From: Gemmatimonadales bacterium
Lineage (GTDB): Bacteria; Gemmatimonadota; Gemmatimonadetes; Gemmatimonadales; GWC2-71-9
Direction: 5' to 3'
Length of the DNA stretch: 64,000 nucleotides
NCBI GenBank assembly: GCA_039794085.1
Contig: JBDIWC010000003.1
Coordinates: 1 to 64,000, forward strand
Positions 58,169 to 64,000 of this stretch are shown here, in pieces. The position numbers and the translations under genes were made by a program. Within the stretch, counting starts at the first letter, position 1. Each line of letters begins with the position of its first letter. Below the pieces are notes generated by a model. It worked only from the letters and a program-made list of their open reading frames with translations, was not told the DNA's origin and ran no database searches.

Positions 58169-58308
58169 GGTATCTCGTCGGGCGAGGGTCAGGTCCCACC
58201 AGACCGCGTTGGGTGGGTCAGGGGCATGATTTGGGACGAAAACTGCCTTGGAGCGCGGGTTTCGGCAATGCCCCAGGCCTTGCCCTCCCGTCCCGTGGAG
58301 GTGGAGGG

Positions 58309-58337
58309 TTGACCGTGAACCGGCACGGTGCTATTCT
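58309..58337 (+). promoter_or_regulatory. Sigma70 promoter of the str operon
   Basis: TTGACC-N17-TATTCT with an extended -10 TG. Confidence 0.7.
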
Positions 58338-58427
58338 CCTTGTCTCCCTCGGATCCGGGCTTCAGTGCTGAAGCCCGGCCGGTGGGGCGAGAACGACGAA
58401 CCAGGTTTTCACGGAACTCAAGGATCG

Positions 58428-58823
58428 ATGCCAACGATCAACCAGCTCGTCCGGCACGGGCGCAAGTCAGTTGCGGCCAAGGACAAGGCGCCGGCACTCA
58501 AGAAGAATCCGCAGAAGCGCGGGGTGTGTACCCGGGTGTACACGACCACGCCCAAGAAGCCGAATTCGGCGCTCCGGAAGGTGGCGCGTGTCCGGCTGAC
58601 CAATGGATTCGAAGTGACCGCGTACATTCCGGGCGAGGGGCACAATCTCCAGGAGCACTCGATCGTCCTGATTCGCGGGGGCCGGGTGAAGGACCTCCCC
58701 GGAGTTCGGTATCATATCGTGCGGGGCAGCCTTGATTCCGCGGGCGTGAACGGGCGGATGCAGAGCCGGTCGAAGTACGGGGCCAAGTTGCCGAAGGAAG
58801 CGACCAAGGGAGGGAAGAAGTGA
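58428..58823 (+). CDS. rpsL: 30S ribosomal protein S12
   Basis: [22 protein letters not shown] and [10 protein letters not shown]. Confidence 0.99.
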   Translation: MPTINQLVRHGRKSVAAKDKAPALKKNPQKRGVCTRVYTTTPKKPNSALRKVARVRLTNGFEVTAYIPGEGHNLQEHSIVLIRGGRVKDLPGVRYHIVRGSLDSAGVNGRMQSRSKYGAKLPKEATKGGKK

Positions 58824-59290
58824 GCCGCCGGAGCCGAGCCGTCAAGCGCCCGGTCCCACCCGATCCGCGCTATGACAGCCAGACGGTGTCGAAGTTCGTC
58901 CGGGCCCTGATGTACGACGGGAACAAGGGACTCGCCGAGGGGATCTTTTACGGCGCCATGGACATGATCGAGGAACGCACCGGGCAGCCGGGGGTGACGG
59001 TGTTCAAGCAGGCGATCTCCAACGCCAAGCCGGCGCTGGAGGTCAAGAGCCGCCGGGTGGGTGGTGCGTCGTTGCAGGTGCCGGTGGAAGTGCGCCCGGA
59101 GCGGCGGACGGCGCTCGCGATGCGGTGGCTGATTTCCTACGCCCGGTCCCGCTCGGAAAAGACCATGGCCGATCGCCTGGCCGCCGAACTGATTCTCGCG
59201 TCCAAGGGCGAGGGGAACACGATCAAGAAGAAGGATGACACGCACCGGATGGCAGAAGCCAATCGGGCGTTTGCACACTATCGCTGGTAG
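58820..59290 (+). CDS. rpsG: 30S ribosomal protein S7
   Basis: [10 protein letters not shown] and [15 protein letters not shown]. Confidence 0.98.
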   Translation: MSRRSRAVKRPVPPDPRYDSQTVSKFVRALMYDGNKGLAEGIFYGAMDMIEERTGQPGVTVFKQAISNAKPALEVKSRRVGGASLQVPVEVRPERRTALAMRWLISYARSRSEKTMADRLAAELILASKGEGNTIKKKDDTHRMAEANRAFAHYRW

Positions 59291-59495
59291 GGAGTAACCG
59301 CCGGGCGGGTGGCCGGCGCTGCTGACATCGGGCCACGTGACGGGCAGTTCCGCCACCTCTGGTCTTTCGCCACAACGCGTGGGGTTCGAGGGCCCCCGTC
59401 TCGGGCAGAATGTCCGGACGTGCGCGGAGCGATACCACCGGAGGTTCTCCGGGTTCGGTCGCCCCGCTTTTTCGTTGCACTGGACTTGAGGAATC

Positions 59496-61592
59496 ATGGG
59501 ACGCACGCATCCGCTGGAACGCTATCGTAACATCGGCATCATGGCCCACATTGATGCCGGGAAGACGACCACAACCGAGCGGATCCTGTACTACACGGGG
59601 AAGAACTACAAGATCGGTGAAGTTCACGACGGCGCGGCCACCATGGACTGGATGGAGCAGGAGCAGGAGCGGGGCATCACGATCACCTCGGCGGCAACCA
59701 CCTGCTTTTGGAGCCGAGATGGGGTCGAGTATCGGATCAACATCATCGACACGCCGGGGCACGTGGACTTCACGGTCGAGGTCGAGCGCTCCCTCCGCGT
59801 ACTCGACGGCGCGGTGACGCTTCTCGACTCGGTGGCTGGCGTGGAGCCCCAGACCGAAACGGTCTGGCGTCAGGCGGACCGCTACGGGGTTCCTCGCATC
59901 ATCTTTGCCAACAAGATGGACCGGGTCGGCGCCAATTTTGATCGATGTGTGACCATGATCCGGGACCGGCTCACCAAGCGGGCCTTCCCGATCCAGCTTC
60001 CCCTGGGATCGGGGGAGCTCTTCACCGGACACATCGACGTGCTCAACCGGGTGGAGCGGGTGTTCGACGACGCCAACATGGGCAAGAACTTCACGGAGAT
60101 GCCGGTGGCCGAGGCGTTCCGGGAGCAGGTGGAAACCGCCCGGCGCGAGGTGATCGAGGCGGCCGTGGAGTTCGACGAGGAGTTGATGGAGAAGTACCTG
60201 GCCGGCCAGGATCTGAGCGCGGCCGAGATTCGGCGGGCCATCCGGAAGGCCACCGTGGCGGGCGGGATCGTTCCGGTGCTCTGCGGTGCGTCCTTCAAGA
60301 ATAAGGGGGTGCAGGCGCTCCTCGATGCGGTGGTGGACTACCTCCCGAGTCCGCTGGACATCCCGCCCGTGACCGGGCATCTCCCCCTGAAAGACGAGAC
60401 CAAGGTGGAGCGGAGTGCTGATGACACGGCGCCCTTCGCCGCCCTGGCCTTCAAGATCGCCACTGATCCCTACGTGGGTCGCCTCACCTTCTTCCGGGTG
60501 TACTCCGGATCGTTCAAGGCGGGCAGCTACGTCTACAACAGCACCAAGGACAAGCGGGAACGGGTGGGCCGGCTGCTGCAGATGCACGCCAACAAGCGGG
60601 ACGAGATCGACGAGGTGATGGCGGGGGACATCGGCGCGGCTATCGGCCTGCGCGAGGCCCGCACCGGGGACACCCTCTGCGATGAGGATCATCCGGTCAT
60701 CCTCGAGGCGATGCGGTTCCCGAACCCGGTCATCGACGTCGCGATCGAACCGAAATCGAAGGCCGACCAGGACAAGCTGGCCATCGCCCTGCAGAAGCTC
60801 GCCGAGGAAGATCCGACGTTCCGGGTGCGTTCCGACGCCGAGACCGGGCAGACGATCATTGCCGGTATGGGGGAACTCCATCTGGAGATCCTGGTCGACC
60901 GGATGAAGCGCGAGTTCAAGGTTGAGGCCAACGTCGGCCGTCCGCAGGTGGCCTTCCGCGAGACGATTCGCCAGAAGGTGGTGGACGTGGAGGGGAAGTT
61001 CATCCGCCAGTCCGGCGGCAAGGGACAGTACGGCCACGTGGTCATCACGCTGGAGCCGGCCGAACAGGGCACCGGGTTCCACTTCGAGGACAAGATCGTG
61101 GGCGGGGTGATCCCGCGGGAGTTCATCAAGCCGGTCGAGGCGGGGATGCGCGAGGCCCTGGAGTCGGGCGTGCTCGCCGGATATCCCATGGTGGACGTGA
61201 AGGCCTCGCTGACCTACGGCAGCTATCACGACGTGGACAGCTCCGAAATGGCGTTCAAGATCGCCGGGTCGATGGCCATCAAGGAGGCGGCGCGCCGGGC
61301 CAAGCCGGTCCTGCTGGAGCCGGTCATGGAGGTCGAGGTCGTGGCCCCTTCCGAGTTCCTGGGCGACGTCATGGGGGACCTCTCCGGACGCCGGGGCAAG
61401 ATCGGGGGCATGACCCAGCGGGGCGAGGCCCAGGTGGTGGCCGCCGACGTGCCTCTCGCCGAGATGTTCGGCTACTCCACCACCCTGCGCAGCATGACCC
61501 AGGGGCGGGCGGTGTACTCGATGCAGTTCGCGTATTACGACGAGGTCCCCAAGCAGGTGGCCGAAGAGATCATCGCCAAGGCGGCCAAGTAG
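59496..61592 (+). CDS. fusA: Elongation factor G
   Basis: [24 protein letters not shown] and YHDVDSSE. Confidence 0.99.
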   Translation: MGRTHPLERYRNIGIMAHIDAGKTTTTERILYYTGKNYKIGEVHDGAATMDWMEQEQERGITITSAATTCFWSRDGVEYRINIIDTPGHVDFTVEVERSLRVLDGAVTLLDSVAGVEPQTETVWRQADRYGVPRIIFANKMDRVGANFDRCVTMIRDRLTKRAFPIQLPLGSGELFTGHIDVLNRVERVFDDANMGKNFTEMPVAEAFREQVETARREVIEAAVEFDEELMEKYLAGQDLSAAEIRRAIRKATVAGGIVPVLCGASFKNKGVQALLDAVVDYLPSPLDIPPVTGHLPLKDETKVERSADDTAPFAALAFKIATDPYVGRLTFFRVYSGSFKAGSYVYNSTKDKRERVGRLLQMHANKRDEIDEVMAGDIGAAIGLREARTGDTLCDEDHPVILEAMRFPNPVIDVAIEPKSKADQDKLAIALQKLAEEDPTFRVRSDAETGQTIIAGMGELHLEILVDRMKREFKVEANVGRPQVAFRETIRQKVVDVEGKFIRQSGGKGQYGHVVITLEPAEQGTGFHFEDKIVGGVIPREFIKPVEAGMREALESGVLAGYPMVDVKASLTYGSYHDVDSSEMAFKIAGSMAIKEAARRAKPVLLEPVMEVEVVAPSEFLGDVMGDLSGRRGKIGGMTQRGEAQVVAADVPLAEMFGYSTTLRSMTQGRAVYSMQFAYYDEVPKQVAEEIIAKAAK

Positions 61593-61649
61593 GCCGTCGG
61601 GGCATCACGCACCAGCTCACGCACCGGAAACCGACACAGGACATCAGTC

Positions 61650-62852
<1,203 letters not shown>

Positions 62853-62880
62853 TCCGGTCCGTTTTGACGATGAGGCAGGT

Positions 62881-63189
62881 ATGAGCGAACGCATTCGAAT
62901 CCGGCTCAAGGCTTTCGACCACGTGGTCCTGGACCAGGCGGCGGCGGACATCGTCCGCACCGTCGAGAAGACGGGAGCCCAGGTGTCCGGGCCGATCCCC
63001 CTTCCGGTCAAGACCGAACGGTGGACGGTGTTGCGGAGCCCGCATGTCGACAAGAAGAGCCGGGAACAGTTCGAGCTGCGGACCCACAAGCGCCTGCTCG
63101 AAATCAATGAGTCCCGTCCCCAGACCATGGACGCCCTGACCAAGCTTGATCTGCCGGCCGGGGTGGACGTGGAGATCAAGGTCCAATAG
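62881..63189 (+). CDS. rpsJ: 30S ribosomal protein S10
   Basis: [16 protein letters not shown] and [12 protein letters not shown]. Confidence 0.98.
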   Translation: MSERIRIRLKAFDHVVLDQAAADIVRTVEKTGAQVSGPIPLPVKTERWTVLRSPHVDKKSREQFELRTHKRLLEINESRPQTMDALTKLDLPAGVDVEIKVQ

Positions 63190-63191
63190 CA

Positions 63192-63815
63192 ATGAGCACA
63201 GGACTGATCGGCCGCAAGCTCGGGATGACTCGGGTGTTCAGCGAGGATGGCAATGCCGTCCCCGTCACCGTCATCGAGGCCGGACCGTGCCGGGTGGTGC
63301 AGGTCCAGGAATCACGCCTCCAGCTCGGCTTCGGCGCCAAGCGCGCCACGCGCCAGACCAAGGCGGAACTCGGCCATGCCCGGAAGGCCGGCCTCGACGC
63401 CGCACCTCAGGTGCTCCGGAGCTTCCCGTCGCCCGCCGACGGCCTCACCGCGGGCGACACCGTGACGGTCTCGATCTTCGAGCCCGGCGAACGGGTGAAG
63501 GTCACCGGCACGAGCAAGGGCCGCGGGTTCCAGGGCGTGGTGCACCGGCACGGATTCGGCGGCGGCCCCGGAAGCCATGGCAACACGCGGCACCGGAAGC
63601 CCGGATCCATCGGACCGGGCACTAACCCGTCCCGGGTCATCAAGGGAAAGAAGATGCCGGGGCATCAGGGCGCGGCCCGGCACACCGAGCTCGGCCTCGT
63701 GGTCGTGCGGGTGGACGCCGAGCGCAATCTGCTCTTCATCCGGGGCGCGATTCCCGGGGCCCGGAACGGCATCGTGACCGTGGCCAAACAGGGAGGAAAG
63801 AGCCGTCATGCTTGA
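63192..63815 (+). CDS. rplC: 50S ribosomal protein L3
   Basis: [17 protein letters not shown] and KGKKMPGH. Confidence 0.98.
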   Translation: MSTGLIGRKLGMTRVFSEDGNAVPVTVIEAGPCRVVQVQESRLQLGFGAKRATRQTKAELGHARKAGLDAAPQVLRSFPSPADGLTAGDTVTVSIFEPGERVKVTGTSKGRGFQGVVHRHGFGGGPGSHGNTRHRKPGSIGPGTNPSRVIKGKKMPGHQGAARHTELGLVVVRVDAERNLLFIRGAIPGARNGIVTVAKQGGKSRHA

Positions 63816-64000
63816 GGCGAGGCATTACAGCGCAACGGGAGGCACCCGCGACGCGGGGTTCGCGCTTCCGTCCGATTATTTCGATGGCACCGTGAACACC
63901 GCCGTCCTGCACCAGGCCATCAAGACCTTCCTGGGCAACCAGCGACAGGGCACCGCGTCCACGAAGACGCGGAGCCACATCTCCGGCGGCAATCAGAAAC
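63808..64000 (+). CDS. rplD: 50S ribosomal protein L4 (partial, runs off the window end)
   Basis: MLEARHYS...LHQAIKTFLGNQRQGTASTKTRSHISGG. Confidence 0.93.
   Translation, partial: MLEARHYSATGGTRDAGFALPSDYFDGTVNTAVLHQAIKTFLGNQRQGTASTKTRSHISGGNQK

Noticed and set aside
52334..58312. 974-aa and 795-aa ORFs opposite the RND and metallopeptidase genes
   Set aside because: Antisense shadows with low-complexity, motif-free translations.
59291..59495. Possible ncRNA or riboswitch in the rpsG-fusA spacer (also 50700-50950)
   Set aside because: No family consensus recognisable by eye; an Infernal/Rfam scan would be needed.

Overview
High-GC bacterial chromosome window, most likely Gemmatimonadota (inferred from EF-Tu and RpoC signatures and from repeated 6-bladed beta-propeller lipoproteins). 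1-19.7 kb is accessory-rich: the left end of a probable IS3-family element, beta-propeller lipoproteins, two Uma2 nucleases, a Phd/VapC toxin-antitoxin pair, a DPP-IV-like peptidase, a DUF1611 gene, a repeat-flanked propeller/thioredoxin/DsbA island, a PepSY-TM gene and a GMC oxidoreductase. The stand-out feature here is a tandem array of six paralogous small membrane proteins sharing a C-terminal ER(L/V)(D/E)F(A/T)ERLL coiled-coil motif, directly upstream of a YbjN/CesT-type gene and pspA. I interpret it as a candidate multi-sensor Psp (bacterial ESCRT-III) envelope-stress system. 19.8-33.8 kb is a microaerobic island: a complete cbb3 oxidase and maturation operon, a P1B-5-like ATPase, a DosS-like heme-GAF kinase with an OmpR-type regulator, and USP, DUF2892, CBS and Hsp20-fragment genes, with shared 11-bp-period CTTCA boxes in several intergenic regions. 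34-64 kb is core: mscS, cysS, four tRNAs, tuf-rpmG-secE-nusG-rplKAJL-rpoBC, four inserted genes (RND pair, membrane protein, leishmanolysin-like lipoprotein), then rpsL-rpsG-fusA-tuf-rpsJ-rplC-rplD (partial). All calls come from reading motifs by eye; no database searches were run.
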